NCBI GenBank assembly: GCA_008690995.1
Contig: VRMN01000002.1
Span: 434,001-498,000 of the forward strand
Length of the DNA: 64,000 bases
Direction: 5' to 3'
From: Porphyridium purpureum
Lineage: Eukaryota
Numbering within the stretch: position 1 is the first letter of the stretch; every line of letters starts with the position of its first letter. The notes under the pieces were generated by a model that was not told where the DNA came from, ran no database searches, and worked only from the letters and a program-made list of their open reading frames with translations. A program made the translations under genes and the position numbers. Below are positions 17,403-28,341 of this stretch, piece after piece.

Positions 17403-20400
17403 ATGAACGGGCGTGCCGCATGGACCAGGCCCGCGGAGGCGACCGCTTCGCACCCGCTGGACCTTGAACGTGTGCAGAGCGTCCAAGAACTTGTGGGTGT
17501 TGAGCAAAGCATTACGGAAGTACTGCATGATCCAGCGCAGAGCTGGACAGGTCGTCTGCTGGTGGGAGACAATGCGGATGCTTTATTTCCGGCGGGTCGC
17601 GCGTCTGATGCCGCTTCATCGCGCGCGGATCCGGCTTTGCAGATGGGCGCAAGCATCACGCTAAACGATTTTGCGGCGTTCCTGTCCACGACTGGAAAGG
17701 CGTACGGGAGTCTGAAAGAGAAGCAACAAGAAGCCGCGGGCGGTCAAGGAGTCACGCGGAAGGCCATGCTGAGAAGGCATGCGGCGGTGGCTGTTTTTGA
17801 TGCGCAGAATTCCAGCCAGTTGCACGCCGCGGACGTGATTCCGCGACGGTACTTTGAGACCGACTTCAGCGTGCAGAGCTCAGAAGAGCTTCTTGAAGCT
17901 ACCTTGGGCGGCGCTCAAGCTAGCGCGTCAGGTGGCAGCGACGCCGAAGGATACGAAGGTCAGCTCGAAATTTTGAAATCTTACATGGCCATAGTGCAGC
18001 GCGAGCAGGAAAACCTGATTCTCGAGTACCGCTTTGATTTCAACCGTGCAGTCGAAAGCGCCCAAGCGATGCGACCACCACTCGATGATAGCACTGCGAC
18101 TTTGCAGAGTTTGCGCAGCCACACGAATGGCGTGGTTCGCGCTGTGCAGGAAGGTGCACTTCAAATGAACACGCTATGTCGGCGGCGGAACAATGCGCGC
18201 GCTCTTCTTGACGCGCTAGAGCAGATCAGTTTTGTGGTCTCAAGCATTCAGGAAATTGACGCCATGGTTCAAGTTTCAGATTACGGCGTTGCAATCACCA
18301 TGATTGATAATCTTCTGAATCTGATGGCGGAAGCGCCGTTCCGGCATATATCGATGCTTGGCGCGACGCGTGAACGTTTGAGTTCCTTGCGGCTAGACTT
18401 GGCCGGTCGTTTGAAACTGGACTTTGGCGCGTTGCTTCAGGAGCTTCTTTGCGAGTGCAGAGTGTCAGTCGCAGACGTTCAAGAATCCTTGTTTCCGGCG
18501 CTTGGATTGCTCCATGAGCTAGGTGTCCTGGACGAGATTTTGGAAGACTTTTCCGCGCGCCAAAAGCTCCAGTATGACAGGGATACTGGAGAACTCGTTG
18601 AGATGGTTTCCCAAGGTACACTTTCGACCAGTGATGTGAGCCGCAGAGTGAGCGTCGCTACGAAGCCGTGCAAGATATGGTTCAGTCTCGCGTGCTCCAT
18701 CCTATATGTGCTACGGCAGAGAAAGCAGCTCGGAGACGTGCAAATGAATGACCGGTTCGCGCGAGTTTCGGAATGTTTGTCTATATATGCTGATCACGTG
18801 AACCAGGGATTATGCAACATCATGACCTGCTTCTACATCAGCGTGATCGAACCACAACTGGATCAGAACAATTTGGATTCAGTTTCCACCTTTGCTTCGT
18901 TGCTAGAAGAGTGCTTACGCGCGGCGAATGAGTTCGAGGCTGTGGCGTCCCTTTCTCACGTGACCACGTATTCTACAAGCGGCGGCGTCCGAAGTACATG
19001 CAAAGATCTCTCGCGGAAGACTGTGGCCACCGTGCAGAAGCTGCGAATTGCAAAACTCAACAGTGTGGTGCAAGCCGAGCGCTGGACTGCAATCAAGGTT
19101 CCTTCGGTTTTTGAAACAAATCTTCAAGGAGCGCGAATTGGTGCCATCTTCAGACGGCGGGAAAGCACGAGCGCCGCCGCCGTCGATGTCGCAGAGACAG
19201 CGAAGCATGCGGAATCTTCAGCACAAAGCGCAACAAGAGCGCGCAGAGCATTTATTTCACTCGATGATTTTCCAAGCAGTCAGGACGACGGCGGTTCAAC
19301 TTTCTTTTCGCCCTCGATGTCACCTGATTGGGCCTTCAAGTCGGTGTATGACTCGAGCGTTTCGGCGACTGTTAACCCCTCGAATGAATCATTGCTGGCT
19401 GAAATCAAATTCGCATCTGAACGTTTTCGCTTGACGTCGAGTTGTGTGTTTTTGCTTGATACACTGTGTTTTTACTCCGAGCTCGATCGGTGCTTGGCAT
19501 CTGTATACTCTCTGCGAAGCGAGATTTTCCGACGCGCGCTCGACTTGGTCAGAAGCTTTAATGTGAGTGCGAGCCGCCAAGTGTTGGGTGCGAATGCCAT
19601 ACGGACCGCCCAGTTAAAGAACATTTCGGCTCGTCACTTGTGCATTACTGCGCGAAGCGTCTCGTTGGTTAGTGCTTTCATCCGCATCTTATGCACTACG
19701 ATTAATAATAGCGCAGCAGAAGCGGAATGGCTCAAGTCCTTTGACGTGGCAGGAGTGATCGAAGATCTTGCGCAGCACGAGTCAAAATTGCTCGACAAAA
19801 TGGCATCCGTGATGCAGGACCGTCTCAAGTATCACTGCGAAACTATGCGCGCGATGCCATGGGACAATGAGGCAAAGATGCGTGAGGAAGCCTTGCCATC
19901 TACGTACATGGTCCAATTGCTCCGTGAGACCTCGGTGCTACATCAAGTTATGCAAGACTGCTTGCCGAAGGCTCAAGTGCGTCGCGTTTTTCAGCGTGTA
20001 GAAGTGGCTTTTGGTGAGCGTCTAGGTGGGTGCTTTTCTGCCGTTTCCGAAGTGAAAGGAGACTGGGTGCGTCGCCGCCTGGAAGCTGATGTCAACATTC
20101 TCTATTTGAAGCTTCACACGCTCGACATGATGGACAATTCGTCGCCGGACCATGCGCTGAACCGTGTGCTTGTTATGAACGGTGCAAAATCCATGTTGGG
20201 CAGTTCCGCCAGCGTTAAGAGCGTCTCCGAAATCCACGTGAATGAGAGCGATGATCGCGGGGACACCGTGACGGAAGGCAACGAAGAGAGAAATTCAGAT
20301 AGCGCACAAGAGCCGGTTGTCACAGAAGGAGTCACGGGAGGCCTTGAAACGCAAAGCGCAACTCTGACTGTCTTGCCTACTTCTGATGCGGAAACAGAGG

Positions 20401-20633
20401 ATGAAAAGCAAGCTGCTTCTTCGCTCGCCAACCTTCACGCCGGTGAAAATGGCCTTGAACTTCCAGTGGAAACTTCCGCCGGTAGTCCACACGGCGCGCC
20501 TCACGAATTCAGCGTCTCGACACAGACCCTTGGAGGCGTGAGCAACAGCAGGCCTGCAGTCGGTTCGAATTTGTTCGAAGATAAAGCGCCCGGGGACCCT
20601 GTTCGAGAGACGAGAACGGACGAAAGCCAGTAA
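17403..20633 (+). CDS. VPS54: GARP complex subunit Vps54
   Basis: 1076 aa; Vps54 motif 'FNVSASRQVLGANAIRTAQLKNISARHLCITARS'; 'PSTYMVQLLRETSVLHQVM'; N-terminal coiled coil. Confidence 0.88.
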   Translation: MNGRAAWTRPAEATASHPLDLERVQSVQELVGVEQSITEVLHDPAQSWTGRLLVGDNADALFPAGRASDAASSRADPALQMGASITLNDFAAFLSTTGKAYGSLKEKQQEAAGGQGVTRKAMLRRHAAVAVFDAQNSSQLHAADVIPRRYFETDFSVQSSEELLEATLGGAQASASGGSDAEGYEGQLEILKSYMAIVQREQENLILEYRFDFNRAVESAQAMRPPLDDSTATLQSLRSHTNGVVRAVQEGALQMNTLCRRRNNARALLDALEQISFVVSSIQEIDAMVQVSDYGVAITMIDNLLNLMAEAPFRHISMLGATRERLSSLRLDLAGRLKLDFGALLQELLCECRVSVADVQESLFPALGLLHELGVLDEILEDFSARQKLQYDRDTGELVEMVSQGTLSTSDVSRRVSVATKPCKIWFSLACSILYVLRQRKQLGDVQMNDRFARVSECLSIYADHVNQGLCNIMTCFYISVIEPQLDQNNLDSVSTFASLLEECLRAANEFEAVASLSHVTTYSTSGGVRSTCKDLSRKTVATVQKLRIAKLNSVVQAERWTAIKVPSVFETNLQGARIGAIFRRRESTSAAAVDVAETAKHAESSAQSATRARRAFISLDDFPSSQDDGGSTFFSPSMSPDWAFKSVYDSSVSATVNPSNESLLAEIKFASERFRLTSSCVFLLDTLCFYSELDRCLASVYSLRSEIFRRALDLVRSFNVSASRQVLGANAIRTAQLKNISARHLCITARSVSLVSAFIRILCTTINNSAAEAEWLKSFDVAGVIEDLAQHESKLLDKMASVMQDRLKYHCETMRAMPWDNEAKMREEALPSTYMVQLLRETSVLHQVMQDCLPKAQVRRVFQRVEVAFGERLGGCFSAVSEVKGDWVRRRLEADVNILYLKLHTLDMMDNSSPDHALNRVLVMNGAKSMLGSSASVKSVSEIHVNESDDRGDTVTEGNEERNSDSAQEPVVTEGVTGGLETQSATLTVLPTSDAETEDEKQAASSLANLHAGENGLELPVETSAGSPHGAPHEFSVSTQTLGGVSNSRPAVGSNLFEDKAPGDPVRETRTDESQ

Positions 20634-20699
20634 TCATGAAGGCGAACGCCCTGGTCAAATGGTTATCGAGCATGAAGGGCGTGCGTGCGGCTCGGGCGA

Positions 20700-23220
20700 T
20701 GCCTCTCAACCCTCGCCTTTCAGCACCTACGAATCGGCTGCCGGAGTTCGGCCCGGCCACCGTGATGCAAATCGGCGGTACTGTAGAATGGAAGCTTGGC
20801 AAGGAGAAGTCCTCAATGCGAGGGCGAAAACTGCCGGAACGAGTCGTCAGAATATGCTGCCTCGCTACTCCTGAAAGCCAAGCTCGTGCCCGTATGAGGT
20901 TTTCGCGGGGGTCGTTGCATTATGATGATGAGCAGGAATGCGGAATAAATTTCTTGCCTGCTGCGAGACGCCACGTTCTATGAGCGCACAGCACCCAAGG
21001 CGGCGTGCCTTGATCTGAGCAGGCTTGTGCCGCTTTCATTGCTCAGCATTTTCGCTCTTCCATGGATAGAGGCCAGCTGTGGCAAGTGCATTGTATCTCA
21101 TTTGTGCACCCTGACAAGCGGCTGAATCACTCTTGGACGTCTGCTTTTCGCAAAATGGGATTGAATTTGATGCGAAGTCCGCTGCGGCTTCCGCTCGCGT
21201 TCGTGCTCATCCATGTTGCGCTCACGTAGATGCATGCTTGTCCGGAACAGACAGTCATTCCATATCAATGTATGGGTGGATAGTCGTGCGCTCCGGAAGT
21301 ATGTCTTTTGGACTACCATTCTTTGCCAATAGTTTTTGCTGAGGCGGATGTCCGTTTTGTGAAATCTGCAGATTTTGCCACTGGGTCTGGTGCATCTTTC
21401 CGATGCTACTCATAGGCCATGGCGTCAACATGTTCAACAAGAGGCAGGTGCTCTTCAATTTTGAAGACCAAACGGCTCGATTCTCGCCGCGAGCTTCCCT
21501 TTTAAACGAGGAACTTTGGCTCTTACACCATTCCGAGCGTCCTTGTGCGAAGTGGTGGCGGCGGCTGGTTCTGAGAAGCATACAGACGTTCCGGTCAACT
21601 GGCTACGTAGCGCGGCGGGAGTTCTGTCAGTATTCTCGGCAGAATGCCCCAGGTAGCACGCGTACGTCTGCGACAAGGTTCCTACTCTCTTCCTTATTCT
21701 CTGTCTGCAAATCCGGCACGATGCCGTCGTACAACGGAAAGAAAGAACGTAACCAATGCCGTGGAAGCCGTCTTGCATTCGCTTTGCAAACGTCCCACTC
21801 GAAGCTACAAATGCAGATTTGCAGTCAAGCGCTTCTTCCTGAATTAGAAAGTTGGACATGAACTCGCAGCGATAACGCACTTCGAGCGATATCGCCAGCC
21901 GAGAAAACCATGCGCTTGGCGATACGATGCCAAGCGCCACAATATAGGATGGACCGCTCGTCTCCACCGCATGCGAGGAACACCAAATGGCGCCGGCGTC
22001 ACGAGTCGAACACCGTATGCTTTTGTTCGTCTGTCGTCGCGACTTTCGTACATTCGCAAATGATGTTTGAAGCACCTCCAGATACGAGGCCTGGTCGAAC
22101 AAAAGCTTTCGTTTCTGCATTCGCGACGTAGATAGTGCGCTCGAGCAGCTCTGTACTCGAGACTTCAGCAAGAACCAAATCGCTGACGTGGTTGCCAGAA
22201 ACACCCACATGCAGCCTCACCAGCATCCGAAATCGCAGGACTGGCTCGTCTTGATGCGAGCTCTCTGCGAGCTTTCTGCGATGAAGTGCGGCCGCAGATT
22301 GCCCCAGTACCCTGCGTGTGGAGAAGAGGCTTTAATGGCTACCTACCATGCCTTCATTCCATCGCACAGGACCGTGAAAATATCAACTCGTATCAGATGC
22401 AGGCGTGTAGTGGTTGGAAAAGGGATGCGAAGCCCTCAGCGTTCAAGTTCTGCAGCGCTTTCCCACAAAGCATGCCCAGACAAACCAACGTCAATGTCAG
22501 TACGATGGTGCTGGGCGATATGCACAAGTATTTGAAAGCAACTCTCGACCTTGAATGACGCGACCGAACGGACTGTTACTTGAAGACCAAGCTGATAATC
22601 TGACCTGCGCGAAAACGGTTTCACAGGTTCACGGCACGGACGGGTTTAAATACCAGATAGACCGTTTTATGCCCCAACAGAACGAGTCAGCAAGTGGTCA
22701 CGCCTCAGACCTGGGAGAGGAGATCTGGCAGCCCGTTCGAGCCTGCTCGTCGGATTGTCGCGGCAGACCCCGAAAGGAACCACATATGCACCGCTGCGGA
22801 ACGCACTCCAGCACGAATGGACTCACTCGAGTCTGCAAGGCCTCAGAAAATAACGCACGATGGAATCCAGTGGAGCACGCGCCGCTTCTACCAAAAGACA
22901 GGCTACAGACCCCGCAAGACAGCCACGAAGCGGTGGAATGGCGGAGCGATTCCCACCAAATCCTTGAAGCGGTGCTTCTACCCGCTGATGACCAGCTCTG
23001 CAAAGCTGTGCAAAACATAAGCTCGCTAGTCGCTGTTCATTCTCGAGACCGATGTGAGCTTCTGCAGCGCTCAGCGGTTCAAATACCCGCGATGGGAAAT
23101 TCTGCACCAGCCGCCAGGATGCGTATGACGAGGCGGCGTCTGAATCCACATCATGAAGCCCAAAATAAGCTGAACGCCTGTGAATGCACCTGTTTTTGCC
23201 CGCCGAAACGATGAAATCCG
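20700..23220 (+). mobile_element. Decayed Mutator/MULE-like transposase relic (boundaries approximate)
   Basis: No long ORF. Plus-strand fragments occur in MULE order: 'HVDACL...MYGWIVV...GLPFF' (~21220), 'EFCQYSRQN' (~21620), 'VTNAVEAVLHSLCK' (~21750), SWIM-like 'C...GYLPCLHSIA' (~22340), 'RGRPRKE...HRCG' (~22760). TIRs not found. Confidence 0.45.
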
Positions 23221-24623
23221 GCGGTCACCACATCAGGTTCGCGCAAGAAAACGGGTCCACGGGCCCCAACGTTGGACCACGATGAGTGCCTCGCGTCCTC
23301 GCTAGCCAGTTGCTTTGACGCCCATTCGAAGGGTGCAGAAGACCTCGAAACTGGACAAGGCCTCTGAGGAGCTCCGGCTGCGTCAAAACAGTGCGTTGCG
23401 TCGTAGAATCTGGTAGAGGACCTTTGTGAGCTTCAAACAAAATGCCACGCATGTTTCTGGAATTCGTAAGAGACAAAGAGAGAGAGGCAGTCGCCAGTGG
23501 CGTTCTTGCGAAGCACCATACTGGACGATGAGGCCGAGCTACGAGCTACGAACCCCAAAAAACTGAAAGCCATCGGCTGCTGATCTGCAGAGGCCACACC
23601 ACCCGGAGTCCTCTTCTACTCCATCACCCCTCCGCATTTCCGAAACACACCGCGCACCGAAAGCGCCACCACCACCACCACCACCTACCGAACCGTACCC
23701 CCACTCTACCTCCAACTGAACCACGCGTTCTGACACTGTAAGGCGTCAAGGTTCAGTGCGTGCGTGTGTGCGTGTGCGTTTTGTCCTTTTCTCGTCTGTG
23801 TTTCCTCCGAGCTGTCTGTCGGTTTGTGTGTGTGTGTGTGTGAATCTACCGCATTTACATACAAACCGCGCTGCTTTATGTATAGATCCACCCGCCCTTC
23901 ATGCCCCGACAGAAAAAGGAAAAAAGGAAAAAACCCGTTACGTACGTGTCGTGTGTGTGTGTGTATGTTTTGTCTAGTCCTTTGGTTGTGTTTGTTTGTT
24001 CGTGCCGCGTTGCGGTTGGCGGCTGGCTCGGACGCGCGACAAGGAAATCAGCGCACGCGCGTGTTTTACTAGCACAGAGAGAGACGCAATGACCACTTTG
24101 GACAACGACGTACAGTGCGCGTGTGCGTGTGCGTTTGTGTGTTTTGGGTGTTTTGAGTTGTTTTGAGTTGTTTGTTTCTGTCTTGTGCTTGACGGGTTAT
24201 CGGTTGTTTGGGGGTGTTTTTGGGTGTTTTGTGTTTGTTAGCGATGGTTGGGTGGCATAGTGGGTAAGAAGGATGAAGGGTGTGTGTAGTCAGTCGTGGT
24301 GTGTTTGGGGTGCATGGGGGAGAGAGAGACAGAGAGAGAAGGGAGGTGGGTTGGGTGGGTGGGGACGGACGCGGTGTCCGAGGGAGGAGGGGTGAGTGTC
24401 TTGATTGGTGGGGAGCGGGTGGCTGCGGGAGCGATCGTGGACGGGGGGAAGCAGCGCTGTGCGAGGGTGGTGGCGCGGGTGTGGGGGAGGTTGGCGGGTG
24501 TTGACGGCGGGGGGGTGGTGGTGTCAGCTTGCGATTGGGTCGCAGTGGACAGACACCGAGTGTGGCGCGGCACGGAGATCGGGGGCGAGGGAGAGGCGGC
24601 GGTAGCATACGCGCGGCGCAGAG

Positions 24624-27600
24624 ATGGCGTCCAGAATTAAGAGCGGGCCGCTCTCCCCGAGAATGTCCCGCAAGCTCACCACCGAGCAGCAGCAGGAAGG
24701 CGACGGCGGCTCGGTGAAAAGGCGCGTGACAAACTTGGACGACAAGAAGGTGTATCATGTGAACGAGACTGACGAAATGAGCATTCCTGGAGTCAAGTCC
24801 CCGAAGAAGGTCAACGTGAGGCAGTCCATGAACCTCGGCGCGTTGCCATCCGTGTCGAATTTGATGGTGGAGGACGAGGACACCATTCAGCACCGAGCAA
24901 AGGGCGACGCGGTGTCCCCCAAAAGGATGAACAAGCCAGGAGTGGGACCGTCTCCAATTGATGACCTGGGCTCCGGCTCTCCGACCCTGGCCAAGAGCGG
25001 TACGCTGTCCGCGACAAGCTCGCCAAAACGAAGAACAAACGTCGATGACAAGAAGGTTTTTTCGGTTTCGGAAATGCCTGAAACGAGCCTGCCCGGCGTA
25101 AGTTCGCCGCGAACGATGGCAAAGAAGGCGCAGATGAATAACCTCGCGGCGGCGCCTTCCCTGTCGAACATTCATGTTGAAGACGCGGATCACACACAGA
25201 ACCTCATGAAGGAGAAGGGAGAGACAATTCGCAGTCGTCCGCTATCGCCCGCGGGCAGCCAGACGCAAGTGTCGCCGCAGGCGTCGCCGCCAGCGTCCCC
25301 GTCGACAACGTCTCCGAGGCGAAGAACGAACGTGGACGACAAGAGAGTCTTCAAGGTCACAGACATGCCCGAGACAAGCATGCCTGGCGTGAGATCTCCG
25401 CGAAGCCTCGCTAAGAAGTCGCAGATGACCGGACTTGCAGCCGCACCGTCCTTGTCCAACATTCACCTGGAAGATGCCGATCACACACATTCGACCATGA
25501 TCGCAAAGGGCGAAACGCTTCCGTCGTTGCCGCAAAAGCGCAGCAGTCAGCTGTCCGGGGTGGATCGTTTGCCCAAGGAGGGCGAGGAATCAGACCCGAA
25601 TGTGCAGCGCAACGCATACGGGTTGGTCGTGGATCGCGAGGTGTTGTTGAAAGAAGTGGGAGGGCTGAAAAAGCTTTCCGAGTTGCCCGAATATGAGCTC
25701 CTGAAGTCGGGGAAGCTTTCTATGAGGTTGCCGCAGCAGCATATGCCGCCTCCGGCAGCATCGCGCAGCCCGCGTGGATCGCGCAGAGGCCCACAACCGG
25801 ATGAATCCGAGCTACAGAGAAAGTTACGCGAGGAAATCGGCACGGTACGAATGAATGAAACCCCCGAAGCGCAGCTCCGAGCCATGGGCGTCAAGGTGAA
25901 CATTCCAGGGAAAAAGCCGGCTGGCGCATCGCAGACGAATCGCAATCGTCTTTCGGCCAAGTATTTACCCGGCGTGGACGGCAGCCGAGACGCTGGCATG
26001 GACCGGTCGCGTCAGCCGGCGCTGACCGCGGAGGAAATGAAGCGCAAGGCGATCGAGCAAGAAATCGGAGGCTCAAAGCGTCTGAAAGATATGCCAGAAT
26101 TCCAGGTTCTCGCCAACATGGGGGTTGCGGTGCATAAGCCTGGCTACAAGGCACCTCCTGGGCATCGTATGATGATGGACGGTACAATAGAGAAGGACAA
26201 GGCTTCTGCACCCACAAACCTCGTGAAACTGGATGAGAATGGACTCCCTCTGGACACCGGTGCGAAGGACTCTGATGTAGGAACGCTTTTGTCTCAGAAC
26301 CTGAATGACCGACAGCGTGCGAACATTGCGGTGGCCCATGCCGTGATCGGTGTGAAGAATGATAATGCATGGAACCAGCAGCAGAAGAACAAGAAGGCCA
26401 CACTGAATGAATACCTCAAGACGTACGAAGAGTACGACTTGGGCGTGTTCCCGCAGATGAACGAGGAAGAGCTGGCCATGTTCCTGAAACTTATCCGAGC
26501 GGATATGGTGCCCAGCGGTGCGTCATCCACCATGCGTCCGGACCCGCACGCCATGACGGCCGGCGAGAAGGACCGCGACATTGATGAAGTCTTGCGAGGA
26601 ATGCAAACGAACAACTACTTTATGGGCACGGGGACTGCCGCAAACATTGGCAGTCTGATGGCCAACAAATATGTGCTCAAGGAGCCTGTGCTCATTCCAG
26701 CGCCGTATGGAGAGAAGTGGTCGATGGACGTGTTTGCGCTGCCGCATAACGCGTTGAAGCGCGAGCTGCTTGATCTGTACAAGATTCTCGGGTCGCTGCA
26801 GCGCCGTATGATTGATTTGCGGCACTCTGATATTGACGATTTCTACAACTGGTGGGAGGTGTTTGAGGCATTTATTCTGGACTATTTTGATATGGAAGAG
26901 AAGATTGTGTTTCCGTGGATCCAGTCGAGAATTCCGCTCGGCAAGACCAAATTCAGTCAGACTCAGCGCTCGATTCTGAAGGGCCGACTTTCGAAGCTCA
27001 TGCATGATGTCGATGAATGTGAGTACAAATTTTCCTATCTTCCCGCGGGTGAGGTCCTTCCGCGCCTGTTGCAGTGCATGGACAAGTTCAGTCCGCGCCT
27101 GCTGGAGTATCTGGGTGAGCAAGAGCGGCGGCTTCCGCGCGCCTTGGACAAGAAATTTGCGGCCGCGGACAAGGCCGTTTTGGACCAGAAACTGATGGAT
27201 TACATGATGCAGGCCAAATACACAAATGAGTTGGTCACGATCATGACGAGGTGGCTAAATGATGCTCAGCTGAAGGAGTGGAAGCGCACAAATCTGAAGG
27301 GTACTGCTCGTCTCAGTTACACCATGTGGAAGAACTCCCTATACAAGAACCACGTGTCGATTGTGACCGAGATGATCCAGAGGAACAGGGACTTTGTACT
27401 ACCAGGTGATCGACCGGAGAACAGGGCACTCAAGGCGCAGGCTGAAGAGCAACTCAGACTTGACGGCGATGACGAGCTTGGCCTTCCGATTGCAAAGCCC
27501 GGTGTACCCCAGTTTTCCCCCATCCATGGCAAATTTGGCGACAATCCAGATGATGCTGAGGACATGACTGAGCAGCAGAAGGCTGAGCGCGGTATCCGGG

Positions 27601-27908
27601 ATCCCGATAGTGGCGAAGAGGATGCTGGACCGGTTACAACTGACGCAGGTATCGCTGCCAAAGACGCGTCTGGTACTGACGGAGGCGAAGCAGCGTCAGC
27701 GGCAAGCGTCCCTCCAAAGGCTGCAAGTCCAGGACAGGCTACTCAACCAAAACCAGCCCCGGCGGCGGTTCCAGAGGCAGTCCCAACGGCAGGAAGTCCA
27801 AAAGTAGTCGCCGCTGACGAACCCGCACCCGAGGAATTCGTCGACGCTGAAGGTCCGACGGCGCTTGCGAGTGCGCTCGCGGCATCGATGCACGCACCAG
27901 AAGAGTAG
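24624..27908 (+). CDS. Large repeat-containing protein with a C-terminal degenerate hemerythrin-like domain
   Basis: 1094-aa ORF; two kinds of N-terminal repeats; domain 'WSMDVFALPHNALKRELLDL...YFDMEEKIVFPWI...YLGEQERRLP'; Ala/Pro-rich tail. Confidence 0.8.
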   Translation: MASRIKSGPLSPRMSRKLTTEQQQEGDGGSVKRRVTNLDDKKVYHVNETDEMSIPGVKSPKKVNVRQSMNLGALPSVSNLMVEDEDTIQHRAKGDAVSPKRMNKPGVGPSPIDDLGSGSPTLAKSGTLSATSSPKRRTNVDDKKVFSVSEMPETSLPGVSSPRTMAKKAQMNNLAAAPSLSNIHVEDADHTQNLMKEKGETIRSRPLSPAGSQTQVSPQASPPASPSTTSPRRRTNVDDKRVFKVTDMPETSMPGVRSPRSLAKKSQMTGLAAAPSLSNIHLEDADHTHSTMIAKGETLPSLPQKRSSQLSGVDRLPKEGEESDPNVQRNAYGLVVDREVLLKEVGGLKKLSELPEYELLKSGKLSMRLPQQHMPPPAASRSPRGSRRGPQPDESELQRKLREEIGTVRMNETPEAQLRAMGVKVNIPGKKPAGASQTNRNRLSAKYLPGVDGSRDAGMDRSRQPALTAEEMKRKAIEQEIGGSKRLKDMPEFQVLANMGVAVHKPGYKAPPGHRMMMDGTIEKDKASAPTNLVKLDENGLPLDTGAKDSDVGTLLSQNLNDRQRANIAVAHAVIGVKNDNAWNQQQKNKKATLNEYLKTYEEYDLGVFPQMNEEELAMFLKLIRADMVPSGASSTMRPDPHAMTAGEKDRDIDEVLRGMQTNNYFMGTGTAANIGSLMANKYVLKEPVLIPAPYGEKWSMDVFALPHNALKRELLDLYKILGSLQRRMIDLRHSDIDDFYNWWEVFEAFILDYFDMEEKIVFPWIQSRIPLGKTKFSQTQRSILKGRLSKLMHDVDECEYKFSYLPAGEVLPRLLQCMDKFSPRLLEYLGEQERRLPRALDKKFAAADKAVLDQKLMDYMMQAKYTNELVTIMTRWLNDAQLKEWKRTNLKGTARLSYTMWKNSLYKNHVSIVTEMIQRNRDFVLPGDRPENRALKAQAEEQLRLDGDDELGLPIAKPGVPQFSPIHGKFGDNPDDAEDMTEQQKAERGIRDPDSGEEDAGPVTTDAGIAAKDASGTDGGEAASAASVPPKAASPGQATQPKPAPAAVPEAVPTAGSPKVVAADEPAPEEFVDAEGPTALASALAASMHAPEE

Positions 27909-28341
27909 AAGAGATTGTGACTAAATTGACCCTCTGGAATGTAATTTGCCTTTTCCCTGTCGATGTAGGCGGGCGAGATTTAAAGTTGGAAAGGGCTCCG
28001 AGCCATTTCGAGTTCTGAATGCACACGTCTAGAAGCGAATCGCTAAGTACGCGCGGATACGGAGAAATCTTCTCCGACTTCTTGCGGCACCTGCTCTCAA
28101 CGAGGCAACGCACCGTTCGGGCTGTGTACTCATGGTAGCGTAGCTCAATACTCGGGAAATAAAAAGAAGAAAAATCAAGTGTTTTCATTTCCCCCTGTCC
28201 ACATTTCAGCATGTTCTCGCCCGCAGCACCGCAGACGAACATGCCCAGACCGTCTCAGAAGCACGAGCATAGACGGCACTCTTGCCGTCCAACGGGATTG
28301 GGCTACCTTTGAAAGTATGTTCGATCGCACGTGTATCACTC

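Noticed and set aside
23750..24300. TTTTGGG/TG-rich tract as interstitial telomere, and ORFs across it
   Set aside because: No regular repeat unit; ORFs are low-complexity products of the G/T skew.
24069..25193. Long antisense ORFs overlapping real genes (this 374-aa one and many others)
   Set aside because: Shadow ORFs expected from GC-rich codon usage.
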